64,000 nucleotides of DNA from Callorhinchus milii (GCF_018977255.1 NW_024704756.1:14446001-14510000); one strand, 5' to 3'. Shown: positions 26,171 to 38,177, counted from the first letter of the stretch. Notes: a model not told the origin generated them from the letters alone. Numbers and translations: made by a program.

Positions 26171-26425
26171 AATAATAATAATAATTATCATTAATGACAA
26201 TAATCCTTTCATTTGGTATAGCGCCTTTCACGTCAGGAGGATGTCTCGAAGCCCTTCATAGGATGTACTGCAATTGTAGTCGCTGTGCATTTATATAGAG
26301 GCGAACACAACAGCTGGTTTGACTACAGCAATCTCCCAGAATCAGCTTTGAAGTGAATGGCCAATTTTATTCAATGGATTGTTGGTCAGGATACTGGGAG
26401 AAACTCCCTGCTTTTTTTTGAATAG
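26171..26425 (-). mobile_element. DeuSINE 3' half, degenerate
   Basis: (aat)n...tatagcgcctttcacgtcaggaggatgtc...gttggtcaggatactgggagaaactccctgc. Confidence 0.7.
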
Positions 26426-26559
26426 CAATGCATTCCATATTGTCACCACTATAACTTGGGAAGAATTGCCCTGGCTTGTTAATTTGTAACCTGCTGAGAA
26501 CCCTAATTTTAGGTACATTTCCCTTTGATTTAGATGCTTCAGTCAGAGAGAGGTGCCAT

Positions 26560-26905
26560 CCTCCAACCACCTTGTCAGTTTCCTTCATCATTTTGCATAC
26601 TTCAATCATATAATCCCCTTGACCTCCTCAGCAGGAGGCAATATTTAAATAACCTCTCGTCTTAACTGTACGCCTTCATCCCAGGTTTCAATCATGTCAA
26701 TCACTGTTAGACAGCTTCAAAGATTCAAAGATTTTGCCTAAGATTTAACACTGAAAATGAACACAGTGTTCCAGATGAGATCTGACCAGCGCTTTACGCA
26801 ACTTCTGTAGTTGTGTAAAGCATCCTCCTTTGTGTATTCCAGATCTCTGGCAGTAAAGCCTAGCAGCCTATTAGTCTTTGGGTTGTTTTCTGTACTTGCG
26901 AAATA
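26560..26905 (-). mobile_element. Decayed CR1 ORF2 fragment
   Basis: atcattttgcatacttcaatcatataatcccc and acacagtgttccagatgagatctgaccag resemble reverse-strand CR1 'GD.IEV.KI' and 'LVR-HLE-CV' motifs. Confidence 0.6.
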
Positions 26906-27051
26906 GCTGTTAAAACTTTCCCGGTCAACCAGGTGGTATTGGGTGCTTGTTCTGGCTTTTCCTCCCCTACTTTATTTCTCAGTCTCAGTTAAATTGTCCA
27001 AGATCTTCTTAGATGTTATGAAAGGGTGGCGGAAGTCGATTCGATAACTGC

Positions 27052-27210
27052 TTTTAAGAGAGAAGTAGATAATTATTTGGGGAGGACAAGTTTGCGGGGC
27101 TATGGGGAGAGAGTGGGGCAATGGGATTGAATTGGATAGCTCTTTTCAGAGAGTCGGCATTGACACGATGCGTCGAATAGCCTCCTTCTGTGCTGTATAA
27201 TTCTATGATT
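27052..27210 (+). mobile_element. CR1 LINE 3' end
   Basis: gggctatggggagagagtggggc...gatagctcttttcagagagtcggca...gaatagcctccttctgtgctgtataattctatgatt; same type as 61547. Confidence 0.8.
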
Positions 27211-27769
27211 ATCGCCAATTCGCCCTGATCGGCCTGAGACACTTTTGCCCAGTCACTGAGCACCAGTGAGTTTCGTTTAATGCTATCAAACCTCACCAAT
27301 AACCTGTGGCTCAGTGTTCTGACCTTTCTCAGCGAGCGAGATGACAATCGCACTTTGAACAACGTGACAGATTGCCTCGGGTGATTACGCTTAAAAGGAG
27401 GACAAGGGAAGGTGGTGTACCTGTCCAGTCTTATTCTTACAAGCTGCAAAGCACCGAGCATTTCAAGGTGAGAATCGGGAAAAAAGCTATTGAGCTTTGC
27501 CAGCGAGCCAATTTCGAAATGCTTAAACAAAAAAGACGCGAGGATAAGGTACATCAGACTGAATGCTGCAATGGTGAATCAGTACAAGATTCCACCACTG
27601 CAATGCAGATGAAATGTGACATCCTACTGCACGCTCCAGTGAATGATTAGTGGGGCAGCTACTGAGTCTCCGGTTGAAATGATACCCCGACTGAAGACAT
27701 TTGACAGATCAATGCAAGAAACAACAATGACTCACAGCTCTCGTATGGAAGAGCCACACGTACAAATTG

Positions 27770-27890
27770 ACCGTCAAATAAGCTCTTTCATACCACAGAT
27801 CAAGCATCTGTGGAATGTTTTTCCACCCGAATGCCGTATGACTGATGATCATCCGCAAGAGCTACGGGGATTCACGACAGCAGTACACTG
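27770..27890 (+). mobile_element. Possible LINE ORF2 C-terminal remnant
   Basis: SSFIPQIKHLWNVFP resembles the SF-P-T--LWN-LP motif of CR1/L2-group ORF2 ends. Confidence 0.4.
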
Positions 27891-27959
27891 ACACTGTAGT
27901 AAGAACACAATGCATGGCCCAGTCGCTTTTCCCTCTGCAAAGTTAACAAGGCAGTTGAT

Positions 27960-28130
27960 ATAATAATAATCCTTGCATTTGATACAGCGCCTTATCACGT
28001 CTTCGAGACGTCTCAAAGCGCTTCACAGAATATGCTGTAAAGTGAATTGACTGTATATTTGTGGGCGAAACACGGCAGCCAATTGCGCACAGCAGCGTCC
28101 CCACAAACAGTCGTGGATTGAAGTGACCAA
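27960..28130 (-). mobile_element. (ATT)n-tailed SINE 3' half
   Basis: Close reverse-complement match to the 3' half of full copies. Confidence 0.9.
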
Positions 28131-28322
28131 TTTATCCACAACTGTTTGTGGTACATTGATCTGTGCTTGATGTTGTTTACCTATCTGCAGTTTAACTTGA
28201 TGACAAATGGTTTGACTAATGAAAACACCAAGGATGTTCACAATTATCCTGAAAATTTCAGGGATTCCACAAAATCCTTGGTTTCCCAACTTTACTGTAG
28301 CATACACAAACATGCACGCACT

Positions 28323-28349
<27 letters not shown>
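28323..28349. repeat. (CA)n microsatellite
   Basis: About 13 CA units. Confidence 0.9.
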
Positions 28350-28355
<6 letters not shown>

Positions 28356-28562
28356 TGTGCAGTGAATTGAGGATAGGCAAGACATCTGAAGGGTGAGTGA
28401 GGTTCAGGTCATGTCTTGAAGTCTATCTTCAAGTTGTTGTTACATTAAACATGCAACTGTGACCTTGCCACGGAATCGCACCTTTGAACGTGGAAGGAAA
28501 CTGTTCGGAATATGAATGGCTGAAGGTAGCGCCACTTTCACTTCCGGACTTTGAAATTTATC

Positions 28563-28706
28563 CGTGGGGACATCGCTGTGCGCAAATTGGTTACTGCATT
28601 CACCTACAAAATACACAGTCACTACGGCGTGCGGTAAATCCTGCAAAGTGCTTTGAGACGTTGGACGAATTGACGAGGTCCCGTAACAAACGCGAGGATT
28701 ATTATT
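28563..28706 (+). mobile_element. SINE 3' half, diverged
   Basis: ggacatcgctgtgcgcaaattgg...ctttgagacg...aaacgcgaggattattatt. Confidence 0.75.
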
Positions 28707-28864
28707 TTTGCTATTTTGAATAAGGAAATCGCATTTCGAAGAAACTAGAATCCTTGAAAATTCAGAGGGTGAAAGGACAAGCGAGGAAACATTATTAAAA
28801 AAAAAGGATTCAAGAAGGAGAACGTTTTCACTACTCATTAAATACACAAAAGGTCAGAAGTCTG

Positions 28865-28905
28865 ATTTGAGGAATTATAGGTCTGTTAGCTTGACATTTC
28901 TGGTA
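28865..28905 (+). mobile_element. Short CR1-type RT remnant
   Basis: aattataggtctgttagcttgaca translates to NYRSVSLT, matching the NYRP(V/I)SLT motif. Confidence 0.45.
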
Positions 28906-29312
28906 GGAGAAAAAAAGGAAGGAGCTCGAGCACTTTTAACAAGTAAAGCCAATCATTCCGAGATGGAGGTTTATGTATGAAAGGGAGGTCACCATGAACA
29001 AATGTAATTACAGATCTTTGCAGCTGACACAGGACTCCCGGATACAGTTCTGCAATTGCCCGCTGCGTAATCTCAATTTGTGGGAAGAATTTGATAAGCC
29101 TGTTGTGCATACTTTTTTGTCGAAAGGAAAGAGAAAGCAGAGTGCTCGGCGCTTTATGCGTTAACTCCCAGGGTAGCAATTTAGAGCAAGGGACTGAAAT
29201 TTGTGCCCTCCCGCCCGCAAGTGGCTCTGGCCAGTGTCTGGGGAGGCACAGCTACGTTTGCGCTCAGAACTTGACCCGCCTGTTTCGAGTTTATAAAATA
29301 AACCAAAATAGG

Positions 29313-29478
29313 TTCACTCAATCCTCGACTGTTTGCGGGACGCTTCTGTGCGCAATTGGCTGTCGCGTTTCGCCCACAAAATATACAGTCGATTCACTTT
29401 ACAGTATATTCGGTGAAATGCTTTGAAATGTCTCGAAGACCTGATTAGGTGGTGTATTCAAAAATGCAAGGATTATTA
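29313..29478 (+). mobile_element. (ATT)n-tailed SINE 3' half
   Basis: ctgtgcgcaattggctgtcgcgtttcgcccacaaaatatacagtcgattcactttacag. Confidence 0.88.
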
Positions 29479-31251
29479 TGTTATTGAAGGATTGGATCGT
29501 GTGACAACTCCTTAAGAGCAATAAAATGATCTCAATCCGTGTCCTCCCAATGAAAGTTCCAGGGCAGTCCCTGATCTTTTACCTTCTCCAAGAACTATTT
29601 TTTTTTGGAAAATCTCACGTGCCTGTGAAAATATAATGGTGCGTTTAGAATTTAGGGTGAAAATGAAGGGAAAGTGTCAAAGAAGTGACATTTCTTTAAA
29701 AAGGATGTTTTTTTTCTTTCAAACAAAAACCCGTTTCCCGAACCGGTCTTGTGAATAAATAATAAAGATTGTTATTTGAAAAATTTAATTATTTGAATCA
29801 ATTGGGTTTTAAAATTAAAAATGATATTTTTCCAATTGAATCGAATTTTCCATCGGGCAATATCCTCAACCCCCACCCCCCGCTTTGCTTGTGGACGAGC
29901 AGCCTTTCTGCAAAGCACTTCGAGACATTATCCTGCTTGAAAAGTGCTGCAACAATATGCCAGGTGCTGTTGCTATGTTAACACATTTATCCACCTCTCA
30001 CCCATCATTTAAGCTCTTCTCTGAGGCTCGGTGGCTACATCAAGCCACTCTAACCTGTTGCGGTTCTTTCTTATTGCACATCAAAAGGTGTTCGGCATTT
30101 TGTTTCTCATTATAGTCCGTATCCTCCGGTTAAAAGAATTGGGCGAATGTAACAGATTTGTTTAGACAAGATCAAAGTGAGCATTTCTGTCCCAGTTTTA
30201 ATGCATTAATTATCCCCTCTTTAGTCTCCCCCCTGCTGGTAATTAGAAAGTTAAGGAGCTTTGAATCCTTGTCAGTATTATCGCCAATTAGTCAGTATCA
30301 TTTTAGTGAAACAGCATATTGGAGGACTGCCTTATTTCCCTTAATTCCTGTTAGGAAGAAGATGTTTCTTCTGGGCATGGTACTACAGGGATTATGAATT
30401 TACAATGTGAGAGATTTTAGTTTGGAATTTGCTCGCTCCAGTTCCTCAGCACATCACCCTTTGATAACTAACGGAGACGATATCACCTTGAGAAATGCAG
30501 CCCTGCGTGAAGGGCCCTATATAAGAAAATGATTGCAGGAAGCCCCATGCGGCAAAACTTCCGTTTTGCTTCTGCCTGCCTTTCCCGTTGTATGGGCAAA
30601 TAAACCATCCTCGCACTTGCTATATTAATGGGTTTGTCAGTCTCTCATCACGTTGAAATATCTCAAAGTGCTTCGCAGAGTTGTTCCCTAATGGTCGGCG
30701 ACTGTTTATCTGTAAGTGAACGTTTGTACGTAAGCTTGGACATCGTCAACATCTAAACTGGTTCAAAGCGAACCACGGTAGAAGAAAACTTGCTGTGAAC
30801 CGGATTGCCATAACCGACAGAGTGTGGCAATCAAACCGCACGTTTAAATAAAGCGCAGTTCACTCAGTTACGCAATAGATATGGGATTATCAATGTGGTA
30901 GTTGGGTATTGCATCGCAGAAGGTCTTAAAAACGCTGCTTGTATTTTAGGATTTTCACTGAAAAAACGATTCCAAATTTTAAGGCATTAAAATTCCTTTA
31001 ATATTTTTCCACAAAACGCACAGTAGGGAGCAATTAATTAGTTTCTTTCATTCATGAGGAACAGATGTATAATTCACTAGTGACTATGTCACACAGGTCT
31101 CGTTTCGTGTACCAGGCATAGACCGGCATGTTAATTCGACTGAATTCTACATCTACTTGGAACGCTAATCACTGTCGGTTCCATTACGTGGGACTTAATT
31201 GAATCAGGTCTAGATCTATCCTTGCCCAAAGTGTGGGACCTAGCTCAAGTA

Positions 31252-31286
<35 letters not shown>

Positions 31287-31350
31287 AGAGCAGGGAGGGT
31301 GGGGAGAAGGGGGTGGGGACGGAGGGAGAAAGGGATGGGGGCGAGGAGGG
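31252..31350. repeat. (TG)n(AG)n microsatellite followed by G-run tract
   Basis: Direct reading; multiple GGG runs at 31293-31350. Confidence 0.85.
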
Positions 31351-31695
31351 CCGAGGTCTAATACAACAGATGGCCACCCCTAAAGACCAAGACATTCCTA
31401 CTTTCTCGTGTGGTGCTTAAATGGGGTCTACTTTGGCAGTCGTAACAGCAGGTAGAGAAAGTATCTACCTGTGCGTGAGCAAAATGAACGTGGATATACT
31501 TTTGCCATTATTTTTTTTTAATCGCTCCTGACTTCTGCCCTGCAATGCTCCCCCACCCCGTGACACTATCCTGCATGAAAGTCGCTTCATGAATAACAAG
31601 TTGGTGTTGTTTCAGTGTCATAAATAGCTGAAGTGGGTGGAAGGGAGGTTGGAGATTGCTGTAGGAAGCTGAGAGATTAACATTGGCCATTTTGT

Positions 31696-32020
31696 GGAGT
31701 GCTGTAGCTCAGTGGTTAGAGCACTCGCCTTGCAAGCGAGACACCTGGGTTCAATTCCAGGCAGGTCAGGGCGAAACCTTGGGCAAGTTTCCTTACTCCA
31801 CACAGAGCCTAATAATAATCCCTCGAAAAAATAAAACAGTGATAAATTGGTCCTTTTCGATCCATGACTATTTGTGGGACGCTGCTGTGCGCAATTGGCT
31901 GCCGCGTTTCACCCACAAATATACAGTCAATTCACTTTACAGTCTATTCTGCGAAGCGCTTTGAGACATTGAGAAGACTTGAAAAAGCGCTATATCAAAT
32001 GCAAGGATTATTATTATTAT
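31696..32020 (+). mobile_element. Full-length tRNA-Ala-derived SINE
   Basis: A box tagctcagtggttag, anticodon arm ctcgc-cttgcaa-gcgag (TGC), B box gttcaattcc, Deu-like body, (att)n tail. Confidence 0.92.
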
Positions 32021-32069
32021 ATTATTTCTTCACACTCACTTTGGGTCAAGTTAACCTTTCCCAGAAAAT

Positions 32070-32182
32070 TCGCCCGCAAAGTATACAATCAATTCACTTT
32101 ACAGTGTATTCTGTGAAGCGCTTTGAGACATCGCGACGACGTGATAAGGCAAATGCAAGGATTATTATTTTTATTATTATTA
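32070..32182 (+). mobile_element. Second SINE 3' tail directly downstream of the full copy
   Basis: cgcccgcaaagtatacaatcaattcactttacag...gacgtgataaggcaaatgcaaggattatt. Confidence 0.85.
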
Positions 32183-32344
32183 TAAAAACATGACAGTTAA
32201 ACGTTCTGAAACACTGTCTTCCTTGAAAGGCGCAATCTAAGCGTCGTTGTAATTACTGAACACAATATGAACTGTTTGGTCACCTGCTGGATTTGTTTTG
32301 CTGTACCTGTGCACTGTAATGATTTACCATGTTACATGGAGTTA

Positions 32345-32500
32345 CGTGGAGTGACACGGCATGGGAACAAGCCATTTCGCCCAACTAGTGCATGCCGTTG
32401 TCTGTATTTCACACAAACCCCCACCCCTCTCATTTCCCTCTACTCCTTTATGTCCCCATCAAGATTCCTCTCAAAATCATTGATGCCTTTTTGACTCAAC
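32345..32500 (-). mobile_element. CR1 3' tail remnant
   Basis: acggcatgggaacaagccatttcgcccaac resembles the reverse complement of a CR1 terminal hairpin. Confidence 0.45.
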
Positions 32501-33371
32501 TGCAGCTCTAAACATTCTTTATACCCCATGTCAGAACAGGCAGCAGCTACTTAAAAGTATTAAGCGAATCATCACAACGCCCTTGATTCGTAGAATTTTG
32601 AGCATAGAAGTTATTGTCCCCAGTGGCCAGAGCCTCTGTCAACACATCAGATGAAGGTGTCAGTTTAAGAGAGCCATTAGCAAATGGCTCTTTATTTCCA
32701 CAGCTCTTTCTTTATTCCTCTCAAAGTTCAGGGAGGTGAACCATCTCCTTTCACGAGGCATGAGAGGCTGTTTGGCACAGCCATGAGCGGGAGCCTCTGT
32801 CATTTGGAGTGGAGATGATTTTGATGCCAGAGATAGCGGAAGATATTAGATCTTCCACAAATTCCTGTCAGGCTCCAAGTCTCTAGATAACAACTCCTTC
32901 ATCTCTTGTGACAGGCTCCAATAGCACTGCTACCCTTGTGACAATCAATGCGGACCTGGGCTTTTAAACGGTGTCAGTGCACAGCAGTTAGCTGTGAGGA
33001 AGACAGGAGGTGGAGGGGAGGGGTGGGGGAGGAGACTTGCATTTTGCTCTGTGTTCCTCGGAGTCATTAAACCTTCATGTTTGCAAATTTCCCCCAAGGC
33101 GGAGATCATTATTTAAGAAATGCATTTTGGGCAAAAATCAAATTCAAAATTGTTTTGAATCGGGAGCTCATTTGAAATAAACGGCTGAATAAGGAAGGAG
33201 CCGTCAATTTTCATCAAGGTTTTAATTTTGAATTCTAATTGCCATAAATGAATAAATAATCCTCAGTGAGCGGTGTTGCGCTTGCTGATATTTTTCTCGA
33301 AAGCCCTCCTCTTATTTTCGTGGCATGCAGTTATTCCGGTTGCTCTATTAGAATAGTCCTTGCGTTTGATG

Positions 33372-33543
33372 TAATAATCCTTGCAGTCGAAATAGCGCCT
33401 TATCACGTCTTCGAGGCGCCTCAAAGCGCTTCACAGAACATACTGTATATTTTGTGGGCGAAACATTGATATAGTGCCCTGTTGGGTCATTGAGACATCT
33501 CAAAGCCCTTCACAGATTATACTGTGAAGTGAATCGGCTGTGT
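33372..33543 (-). mobile_element. Two adjacent SINE 3' fragments
   Basis: taataatccttgc...tagcgccttatcacgtcttcgag and gagacatctcaaagcccttcacag. Confidence 0.75.
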
Positions 33544-34254
33544 GGATATTTCCCGGGTGAACACATTCCCCTGATATTAATATTTTTTTCGGTGTGCGGG
33601 CTTTAAATGCCGGCCCGGGAGACTGGAATTTTCCTGGACCTAACAATGTTCGAAGGGTTAACTGAATAACCAAAAAACCTGGCCTTCGGCACATGCACGA
33701 GGCAGGAATTGAGTCTTTCGATGGGAGGGAGGGCGATGAGAAACTTTGCACCGTTAATATCCGAGGTGCAGAAGTGATTACTGGGTACAGAACGATGTCG
33801 GTTAATTCAAGTCCTAAGAAAACTGCAGCCATTTTTCTCACTCAAGGCTGTCCAGCTGCAATCTATTTTCTTTTTTTCACGTTTTAATCTCTCTTTAGTG
33901 CTTGGGCGGGCAGCCGAATGTAAAAGTGGACTTTATTAGGCACCTGTTATTTCACGAGGACAGGATTAAAACTCAACAACACAACAATTAAGGTTTAATA
34001 GGAGAAAACTCTCAAGAGGCCTTTTCACTGAGCAGAAATATCACCGAGCAAATTGTACGGATTGACATCGGTGCTGCCCCAGGATAATTTGGAGCTGGTT
34101 AGGAACTAGAATTCCTGTTGCATGTCTTTACTGGCTCGACTGATTAGGAAAGCGATTAATAACAACAACTTGCATTTACGTAGCACCCTTCACACAGGGT
34201 AGCGTCCTGGAGCGATTACACACAACAACACAGTTTACATTTACGTAATTCGAG

Positions 34255-34482
34255 AGTGTTTGAAGGAGGAGAAAATGGTGGAAAGCTCATCTGCCGATGG
34301 TGATGTCGGTCAGGCAGGGGGACGTGAAGCAAGACTTGTGTTCACTGAATGGAAAAAGCAGTCAGGAGATGGGGTTACAGGAGGTCCCAGGTGTAGGGGT
34401 GGGGGCAACGCCGTGGATAGTGTTGAATGTGAGGACGAGGATCTTGAATTCGATCCGCTGAGAGATGGGGTGCCAGCTGGAA
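34255..34482 (-). mobile_element. L2 ORF2 C-terminal fragment
   Basis: Minus strand reads SWHPISQRIEFKILVLTFNTIHG, matching L2 LHWLP---RI-FKIL-LT. Confidence 0.75.
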
Positions 34483-35436
34483 AACAGACAACAGAGCGTA
34501 CCTTAGAATTGAAGAGTTGCTTGAACTTATAGTTACGTTTGTAACTTGGCATCATACTTCCTGTCACTTCAGAGGGGTTGACCTGTTGCAGCGTAGGAGA
34601 GGTTTCTGTTCCAGTGAATGTTCTGTGAAATACGCTCAGTAAATTTTCATTTTGCTTATCTACTTAAAGGGTGTCGCTCACTCTCAAAGTACTCAGACTT
34701 TCTCCCCAAGATGTCTTTGCAAAGTGGAGAGAAAAACCTTCCAAGTCTTGCTCAGAAGCACGTATAATCGTGTCAAGGTGCAGCCTGGTATCCTGTGGCC
34801 CTGCACTGATGGCAAATTGGAGTGCTCAGAAAATAAACGCAATCATTAAGAAGCCGGTACTTGAACTGCCAACCTGCCGTAATTATACAGAATATATTGA
34901 TGCACATTGAAGTGTGTCGATGTTTGTAACAATAATTATACAGCTGCGTATTCGAATCATCGGAAAATATTACTGATTGAACAACCCAGCTGGACCCAGA
35001 TGGAAATTGACAGTGACAGGTAGTAAATGACCTTTTAAACTCCTGGCAGATTTAAAAATTCCAGTGTAATCGTTCATCCTGAGGCATTATCTGCCAGCGG
35101 GAGGGGATAACTAAAGTTGCCCTTTTGTTCTGGCGAAAACGAACCCAAGGTAACTGAGATCAGAACAGTCATTGAAAATATTTTCCAATTTAATATTAAT
35201 CAGCTTTTAATGAGTTAAGTTAATCGGGACTTTGATTGCCTTTTTCGCCACACCCCTGCAGTTTGTTCCCAGTTAGGACCTTCCCTGCTTTCCTGATGGA
35301 GAAACCAATTTCAAATTAAGGAAAATATCAGGCAAGTGGAACTCAGCTTAAAAGTAACGAAATCACGTTTGGTTCAGCATTTCACAGAGAAAGTGCTTTT
35401 CTTGCCTTGTTTCTGCACCCAGTGTTTGTAATCTTT

Positions 35437-35621
35437 CTCTTTGACCGTGCCTTCAGCTCCCCTCTCGACTCTCTACCCCCTCCTCGCTCCCTCCCTTCCC
35501 TCCCTCACCCTGACCATTTCCCCCCTGCTCGGGTCCTGACCCAACTGTACAGCGCCTTGGGACGTCCTCCCGACGTGAAAGGCGCTCAATAAATGGAATC
35601 TTGTTGTTGTTGTTGTTGTTG
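35437..35621 (+). mobile_element. Young L2 3' end with (TTG)n tail
   Basis: LFDRAF end of ORF2, pyrimidine-rich UTR, stem-loop agcgcctt...aaggcgct, (ttg)n. Confidence 0.88.
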
Positions 35622-35894
35622 TATCGCAGAGAGAGCACTGAAGCTCTGTGCTGCATGAATGGACTTAAGCAACCGATGAATATTATTCGCAGAGATTAAT
35701 CAGGTTTGATCCAGAAAGATTAATTTTGTGATAAAATAATTACAGTTGCAAACAAATTATTTTCTAATACATTAATTGCAATTGAATGGGGAGACGGGGG
35801 GGGGGGGAGAAAAAAATTGTCTTGCAGCCGATAAGTTAAAATAAAAAGCCTAACTTTACCATTTGCTTTGAAGATAATAACACTTTCGTTTGAT

Positions 35895-36010
35895 GTTGCG
35901 CCTTTCACGTCGGCTTTGGCTGTAAAGTGTAATGACTCTATTTTATAGGCAAATGCCAATTTGCACATAGCCAATGTTCCACAAACAGCCATGAAGTGAA
36001 TGACCAATTT
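35895..36010 (-). mobile_element. DeuSINE 3' fragment
   Basis: gcgcctttcacgtc...gccaatttgcacatagc...ccacaaacagccatgaagtgaatgaccaa. Confidence 0.65.
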
Positions 36011-37696
36011 TCCTGGAGGATTCTGATATCAGTTACCTTGGGTTCATCCAACATAAAGGGAACATTGGTCATTGGTTTCCCGAGCTCCGAAACTTTTTCC
36101 CGTTTACACTGAGCTGACAATGTGATTGATATCTTGCTGTGGGATGGGGGAACAGAACCAGGATCTATAGGCTGAGGTGCTAAAGATTGAGGTCTTTCCA
36201 GTAATCCCAGGTGACATCTGAACGAATCAAGGTCAACGTTTTATTTTGCATAGTACAGGGAAAAATTCATGCTCTGTTCAAGACTTAAAGAGCATTCGAT
36301 GAATTGTTGGGCCAGATTTTGGATCCTTCTGATTCAAAACTCAATCATTTCAAAACTCGAAACTATGCTTTCGAACGTCCTAATATCAGAATGTAATCGG
36401 GGCTAAATATTTTAATAGTCTCTATAAATTCAACCATTAATTCACACTCGTGGGGGTACTCCCAATTGTTTAATTATTCCAGTAAATGGAGGCTTTTAGC
36501 AAGAGATACACTATTGCATTGGTACATGTGTTGATCCACAGCAAGCTCATGGCATCCAGATAGTGGCTCATTCTTAATGAAACAGTTGAAACTAGCTCTT
36601 CGCTCATTAGCAATCGTCACAAAAAACAGCTCAACACTGGTCTGACCCGTCACCATAAAGTCAACACAAAAGATTTCTGCGTAATTCATAAAGATGTGGC
36701 TGCAATCAGTGTTTGTGGGATAATTATATTGTGAAATCTATCCATTAAATTAGCTGATGTATCCTTTTTAGTTCATTCCATGCACAGAGGGCAACTACAC
36801 TTGGAAGGATCAGTCTATAGATCCGAGGATTACATAGATATGTAACCCACACTTGCTCCTTGAGAATTCATTTCCATTCACGAAAGCTCGGAGGTTAATA
36901 TCGGTATCAGTGTTGACCTGCTTGCTTACTTATTTCAGTACATATTTCTGCAGGGAACATTTTTGGTATTCTGTTATGTGGGCCTCACCAAGGCTATAAG
37001 ATTGTGTTCCTGTCCTCCCGTCACACGGGGCACTTTCTGCATCTATTATTGGGCCACAAAGCAATTATGTTTTTGTAGAAATGTAACAGAATTCAAGTTT
37101 CTAACAATAGACTAAAACACAACTCCCTGACTCCTGGGCTTACATTGGGGCCTTGCTGGCATTTACCAAGTCAGGATTCACAGTGGCTTTGGGGTCATCA
37201 ACTGTTTTGATAAGAGCTGTTTCCCGCATACGGGGATTATGGAGATGGGGTTAGAAAGTGTAAGATTTCCATGCGTGCAGATGTTTAACTTATTTATGAC
37301 AAAGCCACGATTTCCAACTCTCCACCTCTTGAACCCAAGGCAGGAATCTGGCTCTGAGCTATTTCCTGCTGTTATCTCTTGCAGTTCTTTCATTGCGGCG
37401 GTGGGAGCTGAAGGTATTGTACCTAAGTGTTAATCCCCAAGCGTGTCTCTGCCGACGTGACTTAAGAAAGAAAAGAAGATGGTATTTCACAGGTCAGCGC
37501 AAATCCGTTGGGTGAGCGGACCTGAGAAGATGTGGTTGAAGAAAGGAAGCTTTCTACTGCCTTAAGGTACCTTTAGTTGCTATATTGCTTCGCTCCTGGA
37601 GACCAAAGTAATTTTAGTCCTAGAAAAGATGTGCTTTGGTCTGTGCGCTTTGGAAATCACGTGCCTCGGTCCGGGTTAGGGTAATATACATCACAG

Positions 37697-37832
37697 TTGT
37701 TTGTGAGATGCCTCTGTGCCCAAATTGGCTGCCGTGTTCACCTACAAAATACAGCCACTCCAATTTACTGCAAAATCCTGTGAGGCACTTTAAGACGTCC
37801 TCCTGATGTGAAAGGCGCTGCATCAAATGCGC
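37697..37832 (+). mobile_element. DeuSINE 3' fragment
   Basis: aaattggctgccgtgttcacctacaaaatacag...gacgtcctcctgatgtgaaaggcgctgcatcaaatgc. Confidence 0.75.
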
Positions 37833-38177
37833 GGAATTCTTCTTTTTATATTAATATTTGGAAAGCATTCCCACCTCCTACAAACACACACGTTCCGTAT
37901 TGATTGCCCTTGTTCTGTTTGGCCCAGAGCCAGACCTGGCTCATTCATCCTGTCCTTCACTGGGTCAGATACATTGTGTTGCAATCATTCAATCCAGCCT
38001 TCCTGGGCTGTCTCTATGATAGGACATCAAGCCAACACTTTATTGATAGATAGAAATTCTGCTCAATTCGAGGCACTGAGGAGAACTTAAAGAAGTTTGA
38101 AGAGGTTTGTTATGAAAGTTTTGAGTGGGGGGAGAGAGGAGGAGGGATGGATAACTTTTAACTCTTACAATCCTGGA

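Noticed and set aside
27372-27650. Possible coding exon ending at CAAG|gtgaga
   Set aside because: No convincing polypyrimidine acceptor and no recognisable peptide.
31696-31770. tRNA-Ala(TGC) gene
   Set aside because: A/B boxes and anticodon arm are present, but there is no acceptor stem or poly-T terminator and it continues into a SINE body. The same applies at 10201, 47263, 61546 and 61794.
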